Source: Gemmatimonadales bacterium | Lineage (GTDB): Bacteria; Gemmatimonadota; Gemmatimonadetes; Gemmatimonadales; GWC2-71-9 | Reading direction: 5' to 3' | Length of the DNA: 64,000 nucleotides | Assembly (NCBI GenBank): GCA_038321865.1 | Contig: JBBQFH010000003.1 | Span: forward strand, 1 to 64,000 | Part shown: positions 30,100 through 40,831 of the stretch, piece after piece | How the letters are laid out: each line of letters opens with the position of its first letter | How positions within the stretch are numbered: position 1 is the first letter of the stretch | Notes under the pieces: model-generated | Told to the model about the DNA's origin: nothing | The model's input: the letters and a program-made list of their open reading frames with translations, nothing else | Databases searched by the model: none | Translations under genes and position numbers: made by a program

Positions 30100-30477
30100 C
30101 TATCTGCGGTTTGGCTTCGGGGGATTCAGGAGCTCGCGCATCCGGGCGAGTTCCTTGTCGGTCAGGCGGTGCTGATCGATCAGGTTGGCCAGCAGCTTAA
30201 CCGGCGAGCCGCCGTAGATCTTCGCGATCACCCGGCCGAGAGCAGTCTTGCCAGCGGCGCTGGCATCCAACACGGGGTAGTAGAGGTGGGCCTTCCTCTC
30301 GCCCTTGCGGTGTGCGACGTACTTCTTCGCCTCGAGCAGCCGGATCACAGTCGAGATGCTGGTGTATGCCAGGTCAGGATCGACACGATCACGCACCTCG
30401 GCCGCCGTCGCCTCACCGAGCTCCCAGAGCACACTCATGACGTCGAGCTCGCGCTGGGTGAGGTGCAGGTCCTTCAT
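30100..30477 (-). CDS. BlaI/MecI/CopY family transcriptional repressor
   Basis: LTQRELDVMSVLW, LAYTSISTVIRLLEAK, AHLYYP. Confidence 0.92.
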   Translation of the reverse strand: MKDLHLTQRELDVMSVLWELGEATAAEVRDRVDPDLAYTSISTVIRLLEAKKYVAHRKGERKAHLYYPVLDASAAGKTALGRVIAKIYGGSPVKLLANLIDQHRLTDKELARMRELLNPPKPNRR

Positions 30478-31394
30478 CGACCGACACTCGCTGCCGCCGT
30501 CGACAGCACTCGGTCCGTCGGAAGCATCGGGTGCGGCGCGAGCAACACGGCGATGAACAGGGCGAGTGCGAGGGCTGGGAGTGCGATGCGCCACGCCAGG
30601 CTCAGCTGCAGCGGCATGACGAGTGCGCCCAGGCGTCGCTCCAGCATCCCTGCGCCGAGGAACGCGGGCTGCAGCCGCGGGTCGGGCTGCCCGGCGGCAG
30701 CGACCTTGAGCAGGAGGGCTGCGTAGGTCTCGCGATCACCGAGTGCACCAACGACGCGACGATCGCAATCCATCTCGAGCGCGAGCCGGAGTCGCCGCAC
30801 CTGCCACCAGAGTGCCAGGTTCCATGGCATCACGATCAGCGGCAGCCACACGAGGAAGAGCATCCGCGCGTCGTTTGTGCGACGGTGTTCGTCCTCGTGC
30901 CGCACCACGTACCGCCGCTGAGCGGGCGGCAAGCCCATCACCCAGCGCGGCAGCAGAATGCGCGGGTGAAACACACCCACGGTCGCGGGCCCGATGGCAT
31001 CGGTCATCACGACCGGCACACCATCGATCACCTGCTCGCCAGGTTGATCACGACGCGCCGCACGGACGAACAGTGCGACTCGGCACATCTCGAACAGCAC
31101 CCACGTCATGAGCAGCCAGGTCATCACCTGCCATGCACCCATGATGAAGGGATTGAAGTCGGCGGTATGGCTGAGCCAGCCCGTCCACGCAGCGCCGTGA
31201 TGCAAATGTGCTGCGGACGCGCCGAGAACAGCGCTGTGCTTGGCACGATAGAGCGGCGGCACGAGCAGCGTCCCGGCAATGGTGACGCACCAGATCCAGC
31301 GACGCGGCGCATCAGCTGGAAGCGCGCGCTCGAACAGCAGCCCGGCCACACCGAGGAGCGTGCCCACGCCGATTATGTAGAGCAGGCAGAGCAT
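30474..31394 (-). CDS. M56 family (BlaR1-like) metallopeptidase
   Basis: GPATVG...PRILLP, VRHEDEH, EMDCDRRV; no C-terminal sensor domain. Confidence 0.9.
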   Translation of the reverse strand: MLCLLYIIGVGTLLGVAGLLFERALPADAPRRWIWCVTIAGTLLVPPLYRAKHSAVLGASAAHLHHGAAWTGWLSHTADFNPFIMGAWQVMTWLLMTWVLFEMCRVALFVRAARRDQPGEQVIDGVPVVMTDAIGPATVGVFHPRILLPRWVMGLPPAQRRYVVRHEDEHRRTNDARMLFLVWLPLIVMPWNLALWWQVRRLRLALEMDCDRRVVGALGDRETYAALLLKVAAAGQPDPRLQPAFLGAGMLERRLGALVMPLQLSLAWRIALPALALALFIAVLLAPHPMLPTDRVLSTAAASVGR

Positions 31395-31479
31395 CGCGGA
31401 GCGTTCTCCTGCAACGTTGCACGGATGGAACGAATGACTGGGAATCTTGCTGGTATGATAACACACGCCGCAGAGCTTA

Positions 31480-33057
31480 TCAGGCGGGAGCCACCGCGGC
31501 CCGGATCGCGATCTCGCGCCGGGTGAGCTTCGCCAGCACGTCCGCCTTTCGCGCGCCACCCCAGCACTCGAGCGACAGATCGGCTCCCGAGAAGCGCGGC
31601 ACCACCGTGATCTCGACGCGGTCGCGCGTCAGCTCGGCAGTGAGGCTCTCGACGATCGCGGTGTGGCCGCGGTCGAGTCCGTCGGCCACCCGGAGCAGCG
31701 CGCTCAGCCGCTTGACCGTCTCGCGGTCTTCCGCCTTGAGCGCCGCGTATTCCTCATGCGAGCGCTTCGGTCCCGACTTCCGGTGATACCGGCTCACCAG
31801 CGCCACCAGCATCCGGTCCCGCGCGGAGAGGTTCAGCCGGTCGGCGTGCATGATCAGCTGGTAGCTGTGCCGGTGGTGCCGCTGGTAGCTGATGAGCTGG
31901 CCGACGTCGTGCAGCAGCCCGGCGGTCTCCAGGACGAAGCGCTCCGCCGGATGCGCGCCGAGCGCGGGGCCGAGCTGGTCGAAGAGGAGCAGCGCGAGAT
32001 GGCGGACGTGCTCCACGTGCCGCCGGTCCGACTGGCACCGCTCGGCGAACTCGCGCACCAGGCGCAGCGGATCGGTGCGCCGCTCGATCCCGGCACCGGC
32101 CATCTCCAGCAGCAGCCCCTCGCGCAGTCCGTACGCGCTCACCGTGATCGAGCGCGCATTCGCCAGTGCCAGCAGCTCGGCGCAGACGGCGACGCCCGCC
32201 AGGATGATGTCGGACCGCTGGGGGTTGAGGCCGGGCACGGCGCGCCGCTGCTCCGGCGTCTTGGTCGCCAGCCACTCGAGGAGGTGCTCCACCTCCGCGG
32301 TCGCGACCGAGAGCCCGTGGACCATGGCCGGACCCGACCCGCCCCGGCGCGCTACCGCCATCCGGGCGAGGTTGGTAAAGGTGCCGCCGGAGCCGATCAC
32401 GCGGGACGCGGTCCACTCGCGGTCGGCCAGCTCCCGGCGGAGCTGTTTCCGGATATGGCTCCGGAGCTTCCGCACGCCGGTGAGCGAGTCCTTCGAGCCG
32501 CCGAGATAGAGCTCGGTGAGACGGACGGCGCCGAGGGGAAGCGATTGGGTCAGCTCGACCAGGCCGTTGACGGCGCCGATCAGCTCGAGACTCCCGCCGC
32601 CGATGTCGGCGACGAGGGTCCGGGTATCGTCGAGCTGGAAATGATGCGCCACCGAGCGGTAGGAGAGCGACGCCTCCGTCTCGGCGTCGATCAGCCGGAG
32701 CGGAATCCCCAGCTCGCTCCGCACCCGGGCGATGAACTCGCCGCCGTTGGACGCCTCACGCACCGCCGCCGTGGCGACGGCGGAGATCCGCTTGACCCCC
32801 CGGCGCTCGCAGACGTCACGCATCCGGCGGAGGGCGGTGAGCGCGCGTTCCATCGCCGCGTCGTCGAGCTGGCCGGTGGTGGCGAGCCCCTGGGCCAGCC
32901 GGGGCTGATCCTTCACCTCGTCGATCACCGTGAGCCCCGACGCCGGATCGTACTCGGCGACGAGGAGCCGGATCGAGTTGGATCCGACGTCGAGCGCGCC
33001 CAGCCGCTCGCGCGGCTCGGCGGCGGCCGGCGGGGTGGGCTCGACCGAATCGCTCAC
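31480..33057 (-). CDS. ppx: Exopolyphosphatase Ppx/GppA
   Basis: LDVGSNSIRL, ATAAVREA, DIGGGSLE, GLREG, LLHDVG. Confidence 0.95.
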   Translation of the reverse strand: MSDSVEPTPPAAAEPRERLGALDVGSNSIRLLVAEYDPASGLTVIDEVKDQPRLAQGLATTGQLDDAAMERALTALRRMRDVCERRGVKRISAVATAAVREASNGGEFIARVRSELGIPLRLIDAETEASLSYRSVAHHFQLDDTRTLVADIGGGSLELIGAVNGLVELTQSLPLGAVRLTELYLGGSKDSLTGVRKLRSHIRKQLRRELADREWTASRVIGSGGTFTNLARMAVARRGGSGPAMVHGLSVATAEVEHLLEWLATKTPEQRRAVPGLNPQRSDIILAGVAVCAELLALANARSITVSAYGLREGLLLEMAGAGIERRTDPLRLVREFAERCQSDRRHVEHVRHLALLLFDQLGPALGAHPAERFVLETAGLLHDVGQLISYQRHHRHSYQLIMHADRLNLSARDRMLVALVSRYHRKSGPKRSHEEYAALKAEDRETVKRLSALLRVADGLDRGHTAIVESLTAELTRDRVEITVVPRFSGADLSLECWGGARKADVLAKLTRREIAIRAAVAPA

Positions 33058-33761
33058 GGCCCCGCCGCCTCGGCGGGCAGCGCTTCGCCGCCGTCCTCCG
33101 CGTGGTGCTTGATGGACTTGCCCTCCACCAGGAAGACCACGTCCTCGCCGATGTTGGTGGCGAGGTCGGCGACGCGCTCGAGGTTCCGGCTCACCAGGAA
33201 CAGCTCCATGCCGGCGCTGATGGTGTGCTGGTCCTCCATCATGTGCGTGAGCAGGATGCGGAAGACCGAGTCGTGCAGCGCATCCACCTTGTCGTCCCGG
33301 CGGCAGACTTCCCGGCCGGCCTTGGCATCGCCGCGGATGAACGCCTCGAGGGCGTCCGACAGCATCTCGCGGGCGAGGCGCGCCATCTCGACGATCTCCG
33401 GCTCCGGCGTGATCGGCCGAGTCTGCACCAGGCGCTGAGTGGACTGCGCGATGTTGACGGCGTGATCGCCCACCCGCTCGAGATCGTTGGCGATCTTGAG
33501 GGCGGAGGTGAGCATCCGCAGGTCACGCGCCATCGGCTGCTGGAGCGCGAGGAGATTGACGCAGCGATCCTCGATCTCGATCTCCATGTTGTCGATCAGC
33601 CGGTCGCCGGCGATCACCTGCGCCGCCTTGGCGCTGTCGCGCTCGAGCAGCGCCTCGATGGCGAGCCCCAGCGCCGCCTCCGCCTCACCCGACATGGTGA
33701 GGAGGCGGGCCTTGAGATCGTTCAGCTCGTCGTGGAAGTGCCGCCTGACGTCGGGGCTCAT
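33054..33761 (-). CDS. phoU: Phosphate signalling protein PhoU
   Basis: [30 protein letters not shown]. Confidence 0.97.
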   Translation of the reverse strand: MSPDVRRHFHDELNDLKARLLTMSGEAEAALGLAIEALLERDSAKAAQVIAGDRLIDNMEIEIEDRCVNLLALQQPMARDLRMLTSALKIANDLERVGDHAVNIAQSTQRLVQTRPITPEPEIVEMARLAREMLSDALEAFIRGDAKAGREVCRRDDKVDALHDSVFRILLTHMMEDQHTISAGMELFLVSRNLERVADLATNIGEDVVFLVEGKSIKHHAEDGGEALPAEAAGP

Positions 33762-34603
33762 CCGAACCTCCCGGTGATGTACGCCTCGGTGCGCTCATTG
33801 CCCGGGGCGGTGAACATGCGGTGGGTGTCGCCGTACTCGATCAGCTCGCCCGCCTCGAAGAAGGCGGTGAAATCGGAGACCCGCGCCGCCTGCTGCATGT
33901 TGTGGGTGACGATCACGATGGTGTAATCCTTCTTCAATTCGAAGATAAGCTCCTCGACCTTCTGGGTGGCGTTGGGGTCGAGCGCCGACGCCGGCTCGTC
34001 CATCAGCAGCACGTCAGGCTGGTTGCCCAGCGCGCGGGCAATGCAGAGCCGCTGCTGCTGGCCACCGGAAAGACTCGTTCCCGGCGAATCGAGCCGGTCC
34101 TTCACCTCGTCCCACAGCGCAGCCTGGCGGAGGCAGCGCTCCACCAGCTCCGGCAGCTCGCGCTTCGGCACCAGCCGGTTGAGGGCGGGGCCGTAGGCGA
34201 CGTTGTCGTAGATCGAGCGGGGGAAGGGGTTGGGCCGCTGGAACACCATGCCCACCCGCTGGCGCAGGGTCACGAGGTCCATCCCCGCGGCGAAGATCGA
34301 CCGGCCCTCGACCAGGATGTCGCCTTCGTAGCGGGCGCCGGGTGCCAGATCGTGGAGCCGGTTGATCGAGCGCAGGAAGGTGCTCTTGCCGCTGCCGGAC
34401 GGGCCGATCACCGCCGTCACGGCTCGGCGCCGGATCGCGAGATCCAGCCCCTTGAGCACCAGCCGCTCGCCGTAGGAAAAGCGGAAGCCGCGCACGTCCA
34501 CCGCCGGTCCCGCGCCGGCATCGCCCTGCGGTCTGGGCGCCGGCGGCACGGGTGCGGCGGTGAGTGCGCCTGCCATCGTTGGTCGCGTCATGGTCGTGGT
34601 CAT
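33758..34603 (-). CDS. pstB: Phosphate ABC transporter ATPase (copy 2)
   Basis: [30 protein letters not shown]. Confidence 0.95.
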   Translation of the reverse strand: MTTTMTRPTMAGALTAAPVPPAPRPQGDAGAGPAVDVRGFRFSYGERLVLKGLDLAIRRRAVTAVIGPSGSGKSTFLRSINRLHDLAPGARYEGDILVEGRSIFAAGMDLVTLRQRVGMVFQRPNPFPRSIYDNVAYGPALNRLVPKRELPELVERCLRQAALWDEVKDRLDSPGTSLSGGQQQRLCIARALGNQPDVLLMDEPASALDPNATQKVEELIFELKKDYTIVIVTHNMQQAARVSDFTAFFEAGELIEYGDTHRMFTAPGNERTEAYITGRFG

Positions 34604-35376
34604 CCGAATCGTCCGGTGATGTAGGCCTCGGTCTGTTCCTGCTTCGGCGCGGTGAAGATCCGCCGGGTCGGGCCGGTCTCGATCATCTCGCCGACGTAGA
34701 AGAACGTCGTCGTGTCGGAGACACGGGCCGCCTGCTGCATGTTGTGCGTCACGATGACGATGGTGAAATCCTTCTTGAGATCCACCAGCAGGTCCTCGAT
34801 CCGCTGGGTGCCCTGCGGGTCGAGCGACGCGGTCGGCTCGTCGAGCAGGATCACCTCCGGCTGCGGCGCGATCGTCCGGGCGACGCAGAGCCGCTGCTGC
34901 TGTCCGCCGGAGAGCGCCATCGCGCTCTTTTTCAGCCGGTCCTTCACCTCGTCCCACAGCGCCGCCTGCCGGAGCGAGCGCTCGACCGCCTCGTCGAGCT
35001 CGCCGCCGCGGAGCTTGCCGACCTTGTTGGAGACCCGGAGTCCGGCCGCGACGTTGTCGTACACCGAAAGCATCGGAAACGGCGTGGGCTTCTGGAACAC
35101 CATGCCGACCCGCCGCCGGAGCTGCATCGCGTTCACCTTCGGCCCGTAGACGTCCTCGCCGTCGAGCAGGACGCGGCCCTGAATGGCGGCGCCCTCGGTC
35201 AGCTCGTGGAGGCGGTTGATCGTCCGGAGGAAAGTGGACTTCCCGCACCCGGACGGGCCGATCAGGGCATGCACCTGATTCTCGGCGAAGTCGAGCGACA
35301 CATTCTTCACGGCGGCGAAGGTGCCGTAGGTCGCGGTGAGCGAGTCGGTGGCGAGACGGCAGGCGGTGTCACCCAT
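34600..35376 (-). CDS. pstB: Phosphate ABC transporter ATPase (copy 1)
   Basis: [30 protein letters not shown]. Confidence 0.96.
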   Translation of the reverse strand: MGDTACRLATDSLTATYGTFAAVKNVSLDFAENQVHALIGPSGCGKSTFLRTINRLHELTEGAAIQGRVLLDGEDVYGPKVNAMQLRRRVGMVFQKPTPFPMLSVYDNVAAGLRVSNKVGKLRGGELDEAVERSLRQAALWDEVKDRLKKSAMALSGGQQQRLCVARTIAPQPEVILLDEPTASLDPQGTQRIEDLLVDLKKDFTIVIVTHNMQQAARVSDTTTFFYVGEMIETGPTRRIFTAPKQEQTEAYITGRFG

Positions 35377-36232
35377 GCCGCGTCCTCCCGATGGTGAGAC
35401 GGGCCGCGACGCTCAGCACGAAGACCACGATGATCAGCACCAGCGCCGACGCCCAGGCGAAGCGGTGCCACTCCTCGTAGGGGCCGGTCGCGTAGGTGAA
35501 GACGGTGAGTGGGAGCGCCGCCATCGGCTGGTTGAGTTTGGTGCTGAAGTACTGGCTGCCGAGCGCGGTGAAGAGGAGCGGCGCCGTCTCACCGGCGATG
35601 CGCGCCACGGCGAGCATGCTGCCGGTGACGATGCCGGGCAGTGTGGAGCGCACCACCACGCCGAGCGTCGTGCGCCAGCGCGGGTAGCCGAGGGCGAGTG
35701 CCGCCTCGCGGAGCGAGTTGGGCACCAGCTTGATCATCTCCTCGGTGGTCCGCATGACCATCGGGATCATCAGCATGGCGAGGGCCGCGCTGCCGGCCAG
35801 GGCGGAGAAGTGCTTCTGCTTCGCCACGATGAGCGTCCAGGCGAAGACGCCGATCACGATGGAGGGCGTGCCGTTGAGGACGTCGGCCACGAAGCGGGTG
35901 ACCCAGGTGAGCCGGCTCGAGCGGTACTCGGCGCAGTAGATCCCCGCGGCGATCCCGATGGGGAGCCCGATGAGCGAGGCGACGCCGACGATGACCAGTG
36001 TGCCGACGATGGCGTGAGCCACCCCGCCGCCGACTTCGCCCGCGGGGACCGGGAGCTTGGTGAAGAAGGCGAGGTTGAGACTGCTCGCGCCCTTGATGAC
36101 CAGCGTCGCGAGGATCAGGACGAGCGGCAGGACCGCCAGGATGACCGCCGCGATCATCAGGCCGACCATCACGTTGCTCTTGGCGCGCCGGAACGCGCGG
36201 CGGCGGGCGCCGGATGCGGCCGCGGAAGTCAC
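35369..36232 (-). CDS. pstA: Phosphate ABC transporter permease PstA
   Basis: [27 protein letters not shown]. Confidence 0.96.
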   Translation of the reverse strand: MTSAAASGARRRAFRRAKSNVMVGLMIAAVILAVLPLVLILATLVIKGASSLNLAFFTKLPVPAGEVGGGVAHAIVGTLVIVGVASLIGLPIGIAAGIYCAEYRSSRLTWVTRFVADVLNGTPSIVIGVFAWTLIVAKQKHFSALAGSAALAMLMIPMVMRTTEEMIKLVPNSLREAALALGYPRWRTTLGVVVRSTLPGIVTGSMLAVARIAGETAPLLFTALGSQYFSTKLNQPMAALPLTVFTYATGPYEEWHRFAWASALVLIIVVFVLSVAARLTIGRTRHG

Positions 36233-37182
36233 AGCGCGCTGCTCCCGGCGCCCGAGCCGCGCGCCACCCGCCAGATGAGCAGGCGGGCGCCGGCGTTGAC
36301 CACCACCGTCACCGCGAAGAGCACCAGCGCCACGTAGGCGAGCGACGACAGGTGAATGTCGCCGACCGCCTCGGCGAATTCGTTGGCGATCGCGGCGGCC
36401 ATCGTGTAGCCCGGCGCGAAGAGCGAGGTGGCGATCTCGTGGCGGTTCCCGATCAGCATCGTCACCGCCATCGTCTCGCCGAGGGCGCGGCCGAGGCCGA
36501 GGATCACGGCGCCGATGATGCCGGAGCGGGCGTAGGGGATGACGGCGCTGGTGACTGCCTCCCAGCGGGTGGCGCCGAGGGCGAGCGCCGCCTCGCGCTG
36601 GCTGTTGGGCACGGCGAGCAGCACCTCGCGCGCCACCGACATGATGTAGGGCATCACCATGATCGCCAGGATGATGCCGGCGGAGAGCATGGAGGGGCCG
36701 TAGATCGTGCCCTGGAAGAAGGGCAGAAAGCCGAGGGTATCGCGGAGCAGCGGAAAGACGCTCGACTTGAGGAACGGGATGAGGACGAAGATTCCCCAGA
36801 GGCCGTAGACCACGCTGGGGATCGCGGCCAGCAGGCCGATCACGAAGGCCACCGGCTGCCGGAGTGCATTGGGCGCGAATTCGGTGAGGTAGATCGCGAC
36901 GCCGAGCGAGAGTGGGACGGCGATCACCAGCGCGATGAGCGAGGAGACCAGCGTCCCGAAGATCAGCGGCAGCGCCCCGAACTGCTCGGCGACCGGATCC
37001 CAGGTGCTGGTCGTGACGAAGCCGAGCCCGAAGCGCCGGACCGCCGGCGCCGCCTCACCCCAGAGCTGCCAGATCAGGAGCGCGAGCAGGACCGGGATGA
37101 CGACGGCGGCGACGGTGAGGATGGTGCGGAAGACGCGGTCGCCGTGGCTGCGTCGGAAGAGGGTCGGGCGCGCGGTCGTCAT
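36229..37182 (-). CDS. pstC: Phosphate ABC transporter permease PstC
   Basis: AAIPSVVYGLWG, GRALGETMAV. Confidence 0.96.
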   Translation of the reverse strand: MTTARPTLFRRSHGDRVFRTILTVAAVVIPVLLALLIWQLWGEAAPAVRRFGLGFVTTSTWDPVAEQFGALPLIFGTLVSSLIALVIAVPLSLGVAIYLTEFAPNALRQPVAFVIGLLAAIPSVVYGLWGIFVLIPFLKSSVFPLLRDTLGFLPFFQGTIYGPSMLSAGIILAIMVMPYIMSVAREVLLAVPNSQREAALALGATRWEAVTSAVIPYARSGIIGAVILGLGRALGETMAVTMLIGNRHEIATSLFAPGYTMAAAIANEFAEAVGDIHLSSLAYVALVLFAVTVVVNAGARLLIWRVARGSGAGSSAL

Positions 37183-37217
37183 GGAGCGGGAGTCTACCGG
37201 CGCTCCCGCTCCATGGG

Positions 37218-37244
37218 GTCACGACAACGTAACGAATGCGTCAC
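37218..37244. promoter_or_regulatory. Pho-box-like direct repeats
   Basis: GTCAC-N6-GTAAC-N6-GTCAC (11-bp period) upstream of pstC. Confidence 0.6.
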
Positions 37245-37264
37245 GACCACCCCCATGCCCTATG

Positions 37265-38329
37265 CTACATCGCGGCCAGACGTGCGCGCACCAGCTCGAT
37301 GACGGGCATCGGAAGCGGGCCATACTGCAGGTCGGCGGCCATGCGCTGAGCCTCGGGGCCGATCATCCAGGTGCCGAAGGCCTTGAGCTGGCCGGCCTTG
37401 GCCGTGTCGCTCATCGTCTTGTGAAGGAGCAGCCAGGTGAATGATGAGATCGGATACGCGTCCGCACCCGCCGCGTTAGTGATCGACACCCGGAAATCGG
37501 TATCACGCCCTAACGCGGCGCCGGCGGCAGCGGCACTCACACTCTTGAGCGACGCCTCGACGAAGGCGCCCGAGGCATTCCTGACCTGGGCGTACGGCAG
37601 CTTGTTGGAGACGGCGTAGATCAGCTCGACGTAACCGAGCGACCCCGGATTCTGCTTGACCTGCTGCGTCACGCCTTCGTTGCCCTTGCCGCCCAGGCCG
37701 ACCGGCCAGTTGACCGACGTATTCTTGCCGACCTTGCTGCTCCACTCCGGAGACACCTTGGTGAGGAAGTCGGTGAAGATGTAGCTGGTGCCTGATCCAT
37801 CCGAGCGGTGGGCGACGATGATGTCACCCGCGGGCAGCTTTGCGCCGGGATTCAGCTGCACGATCCGCCGGTCGTTCCACTTGGTGATCTTTCCCAGAAA
37901 GACATCGGCGATGAGAGGGCCATCGAACTTGAGCACGGTGGCTCCGAGCTCCGGCACGTTGTAGGTCAGGACGACCGCGCCGAGGACGGTTGGAATATGG
38001 ACCACGTTGCCCTGGACCGCCGCGACCTGCGCATCAGTCATCGGGCCGTCCGTGGCGCCGAAGTCGACGGTGCCCTCGGTAAACTGGCGGATTCCGCCGC
38101 CGGAGCCGATGGACTGGTAGTTGATGTGTACGCCGGTGGCCTTGGCGTACGCATCGAACCACTTGGTATAGATGGGATTGGGGAATGTCGCGCCGGCACC
38201 TGTGAGGGTGCCGCTGGCGGGCGTCGACGGCACAGCGGCATCGCTGGACTGCTTGGGTGCGTCCTTCGTCGTGCAGGCCACCGCTGCGAGGCCGAGTGCC
38301 ACGAGCAGGGTTTGTGACGGTGATCTCAT
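37265..38329 (-). CDS. pstS: Phosphate-binding protein PstS (lipoprotein)
   Basis: LAAVAC lipobox, GAGATFP, GSGGG, RSDGSGT. Confidence 0.96.
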   Translation of the reverse strand: MRSPSQTLLVALGLAAVACTTKDAPKQSSDAAVPSTPASGTLTGAGATFPNPIYTKWFDAYAKATGVHINYQSIGSGGGIRQFTEGTVDFGATDGPMTDAQVAAVQGNVVHIPTVLGAVVLTYNVPELGATVLKFDGPLIADVFLGKITKWNDRRIVQLNPGAKLPAGDIIVAHRSDGSGTSYIFTDFLTKVSPEWSSKVGKNTSVNWPVGLGGKGNEGVTQQVKQNPGSLGYVELIYAVSNKLPYAQVRNASGAFVEASLKSVSAAAAGAALGRDTDFRVSITNAAGADAYPISSFTWLLLHKTMSDTAKAGQLKAFGTWMIGPEAQRMAADLQYGPLPMPVIELVRARLAAM

Positions 38330-38412
38330 GGTGAGTCCTCGCGCCCGGTGAAACGCCGGAGCGGCCGGCGCCCCGGGAAAGGCGCCGGCCGCTCTCCTAC
38401 GCCAGGAATATA

Positions 38413-39462
38413 CTATTTCGCCGCGATCGCCTTGCCGTTCGACATCAGCGAGGGGAGCCGGCCGCGCACCAGCTGGACCACTGCCTTCGGCAGCGGCGCG
38501 TACTTGAGCTCGGCCGCCATCGCCTGCGCCGCCGGCGTGATCATCCAGGCCAGGAATCCCTTGACCGCGCGCGCCTTGGCGGCGTCAGCCATGTCCGGCC
38601 GCACCAGCAGCCAGGTGAACGACGAGATCGGGTAGCTGGCGGCGCCCGGGGCGTTGGTGATCGAGACCCGGAAATCGGTGTTCTTCTCGAACTTGGCGCT
38701 CGCCGCCGCGGCGGTGACGGAGGCCAGCGAGGGGTCGACGAACTTGCCGGCCGAGTTCTGCACCGTCGCGGCCGGCAGATTGTTCGAGATGGCGTAGATC
38801 AGCTCGACGTAGCCCAGCGAGCCCTCGGTCTGCTTCACCTGCTGCGTCACGCCGTCGTTGCCCTTGCCGCCGAGCCCGACGGGCCAGTTGACCGAGGTAT
38901 TACGGCCGACCTTGCTGCTCCACTCCGGTGAGACCTTCGACAGGTAGTCGCTGAAGATGTAGCTGGTGCCGGAGCCATCCGAGCGGTGCACCACGATGAT
39001 GTCGGCATTGGGCAGCTTCACGCCGGGGTTGAGCCGCGCGAGCCGCGGGTCGTTCCACTTGGTGAGCGACCCCATGAAGATGCCGGCGATGGCCGTGCCG
39101 TCGAACCGAAGCTTCGCCGCGCCGATCGCGGGCAAATTGTAGGTGAGCACCACCGCGCCCATGACGGTCGGGACGTGCAGCACCTTGCCCTGGACGGCGG
39201 TAATCTGGGCGTCGGTCATCGGGCCGTCGGTGGCGCCGAAGTCCACGGTCCCTTCGGTGAACTGGCGGATACCGCCGCCGGAGCCGATGGACTGATAGTT
39301 GATCTGCACGCCGGTCTGCTTCCCGTAGACGTCGAACCACTTGCTGTAGATCGGGTTCGGGAAGGTGGCGCCGGCGCCGGTGAGCGCGGTCTGCGCCGCG
39401 GCCGGCTGTGCCGCCAGGATGAGTGCGCCCAGCAGGGCTGCGCTCGAGAGTTTGCGAATCAT
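38413..39462 (-). CDS. pstS: Phosphate-binding protein PstS (cleaved signal peptide)
   Basis: AAAQ signal, GAGATFP, GSGGG, RSDGSGT. Confidence 0.96.
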   Translation of the reverse strand: MIRKLSSAALLGALILAAQPAAAQTALTGAGATFPNPIYSKWFDVYGKQTGVQINYQSIGSGGGIRQFTEGTVDFGATDGPMTDAQITAVQGKVLHVPTVMGAVVLTYNLPAIGAAKLRFDGTAIAGIFMGSLTKWNDPRLARLNPGVKLPNADIIVVHRSDGSGTSYIFSDYLSKVSPEWSSKVGRNTSVNWPVGLGGKGNDGVTQQVKQTEGSLGYVELIYAISNNLPAATVQNSAGKFVDPSLASVTAAAASAKFEKNTDFRVSITNAPGAASYPISSFTWLLVRPDMADAAKARAVKGFLAWMITPAAQAMAAELKYAPLPKAVVQLVRGRLPSLMSNGKAIAAK

Positions 39463-39490
39463 CTGATCCTCTTTCGTGGCGTCGGGCCGG

Positions 39491-40612
39491 TCAGAAGGTG
39501 AACTGGGCCTGGAACAGCCCCTGGGTCTTGGTCGCGTACTGCGCCGGGGTGGTGATGCCGCCCTCGTAGGCGATGTTGTCCACGTCGGCGAGGAGGCGGA
39601 GGTTCGGCGTGAGCTGGTATGACGCGCCGGCGATGAAGCGCGTCTGCCGGTTGTTGGCGACGTCGGTATTCGGATCGGTGATGTCCACCCGGCCGATGAT
39701 CGAGGCCTTCGAGTTCGGGATGTGGAGCACGCCGAAGGCGCTGACCACGCGGCCCTTGACGGTGGCGCCGGTCGGCGTGGCCGGGGCGGGCGGGTTGTCC
39801 GACCGGTCCTCGGTGTGGGTGTACTCGGCGGCCAGCGTCACGAGCTTGCTCCGATAGGAGAGCATGCCGAGGAAGCGGTCACGGCGGCCGCCGCCGGTGG
39901 GCTTCCCGACCTGGGCGTAGGCCGTCGCGCGGAGGCCGCCGACCTTGCTCCCGTCATCGGTGGCGAGGATCCGGGCGGAGACTCGGCCCATGACGTCCTT
40001 CCGCTTGTCGCCGGGGGCCTTGTTGTAGTTCTCGCCGTTGTAGACGCCGACCTGGGCGTTGAGCAGGTCCTTGCTCCAGCTGCCGTCCACGCCGGCGCCG
40101 AAGTCGGAGCTGGAGATGTAGCCGCCGCGCTCGAGCGCCATCTGTCCCTGCATCCGGTAGTCCCAGAGCGCCTCTTCCCAGTCGAGCAGTGGCGTGTGAA
40201 TCTGGCCCAGCTTGAAGGTGAGCGGGCTGCCGTGGGGGGTGTAGCCGAAGTAGGCGTACTTGAGGCGGTAGCCGAGGGAGCCGTCGGCGTTCCGGTAGAT
40301 ATCGGCGGTGACGCGCGTCCCGAGTCCGCCGTTGAACTTCCCGATCACGTTCACGTAGGCCCGGGTCACGTCGAAATTGTTGACGTGGTTCGCCGTGTCC
40401 TTCAGCTGGTAGAGATACTGCGCGTAGACCACGCCGCTGACGGTGATGGGGGAAGGCGCGGGGGCGGACTGGGTCGGCGCAGCGTGGGGTGCCGCCGCGG
40501 CCGAATCGGGTGCGTGCGGCGTCATCGTCGGCTGCTGTCCGGCGAGCCCGCCGCCAACAGTGAACGTGACTACGGCCAGCAGAATCGTGCGACGGGCTAC
40601 CGTGTGCATCAT
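39491..40612 (-). CDS. Outer-membrane porin, probably phosphate-selective
   Basis: Signal peptide, RAYVNV/RLKYAY, C-terminal QAQFTF; heads the pst operon. Confidence 0.75.
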   Translation of the reverse strand: MMHTVARRTILLAVVTFTVGGGLAGQQPTMTPHAPDSAAAAPHAAPTQSAPAPSPITVSGVVYAQYLYQLKDTANHVNNFDVTRAYVNVIGKFNGGLGTRVTADIYRNADGSLGYRLKYAYFGYTPHGSPLTFKLGQIHTPLLDWEEALWDYRMQGQMALERGGYISSSDFGAGVDGSWSKDLLNAQVGVYNGENYNKAPGDKRKDVMGRVSARILATDDGSKVGGLRATAYAQVGKPTGGGRRDRFLGMLSYRSKLVTLAAEYTHTEDRSDNPPAPATPTGATVKGRVVSAFGVLHIPNSKASIIGRVDITDPNTDVANNRQTRFIAGASYQLTPNLRLLADVDNIAYEGGITTPAQYATKTQGLFQAQFTF

Positions 40613-40682
40613 GACCTCGCGTGTGCGTTGGGCGCGTTCCCGCGCCCTGGGTGCTTCAGCGACAGCAAGAACGCCATTCGTC

Positions 40683-40790
40683 GTAACGGCAACCCCGCTA
40701 CCGTGTCACGGATGAGTAACGAAGCACGGCGACGACGCTGCCGGTCACGGCCGTGACAGAACCGTTGCGACTCCATCGCGATTCCGTCAC
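40683..40790. promoter_or_regulatory. Pho-box-like repeats in the divergent porin / TonB-receptor promoter region
   Basis: GTAAC 40683, GTCAC 40705, GTAAC 40716 (22- and 11-bp spacing); palindrome GTCACGGCCGTGAC 40744; GTCAC 40786. Confidence 0.5.
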
Positions 40791-40831
40791 GGGCCACGGA
40801 GAGTTTGCGCTGTCTCTCTCCCGGGAATCCG

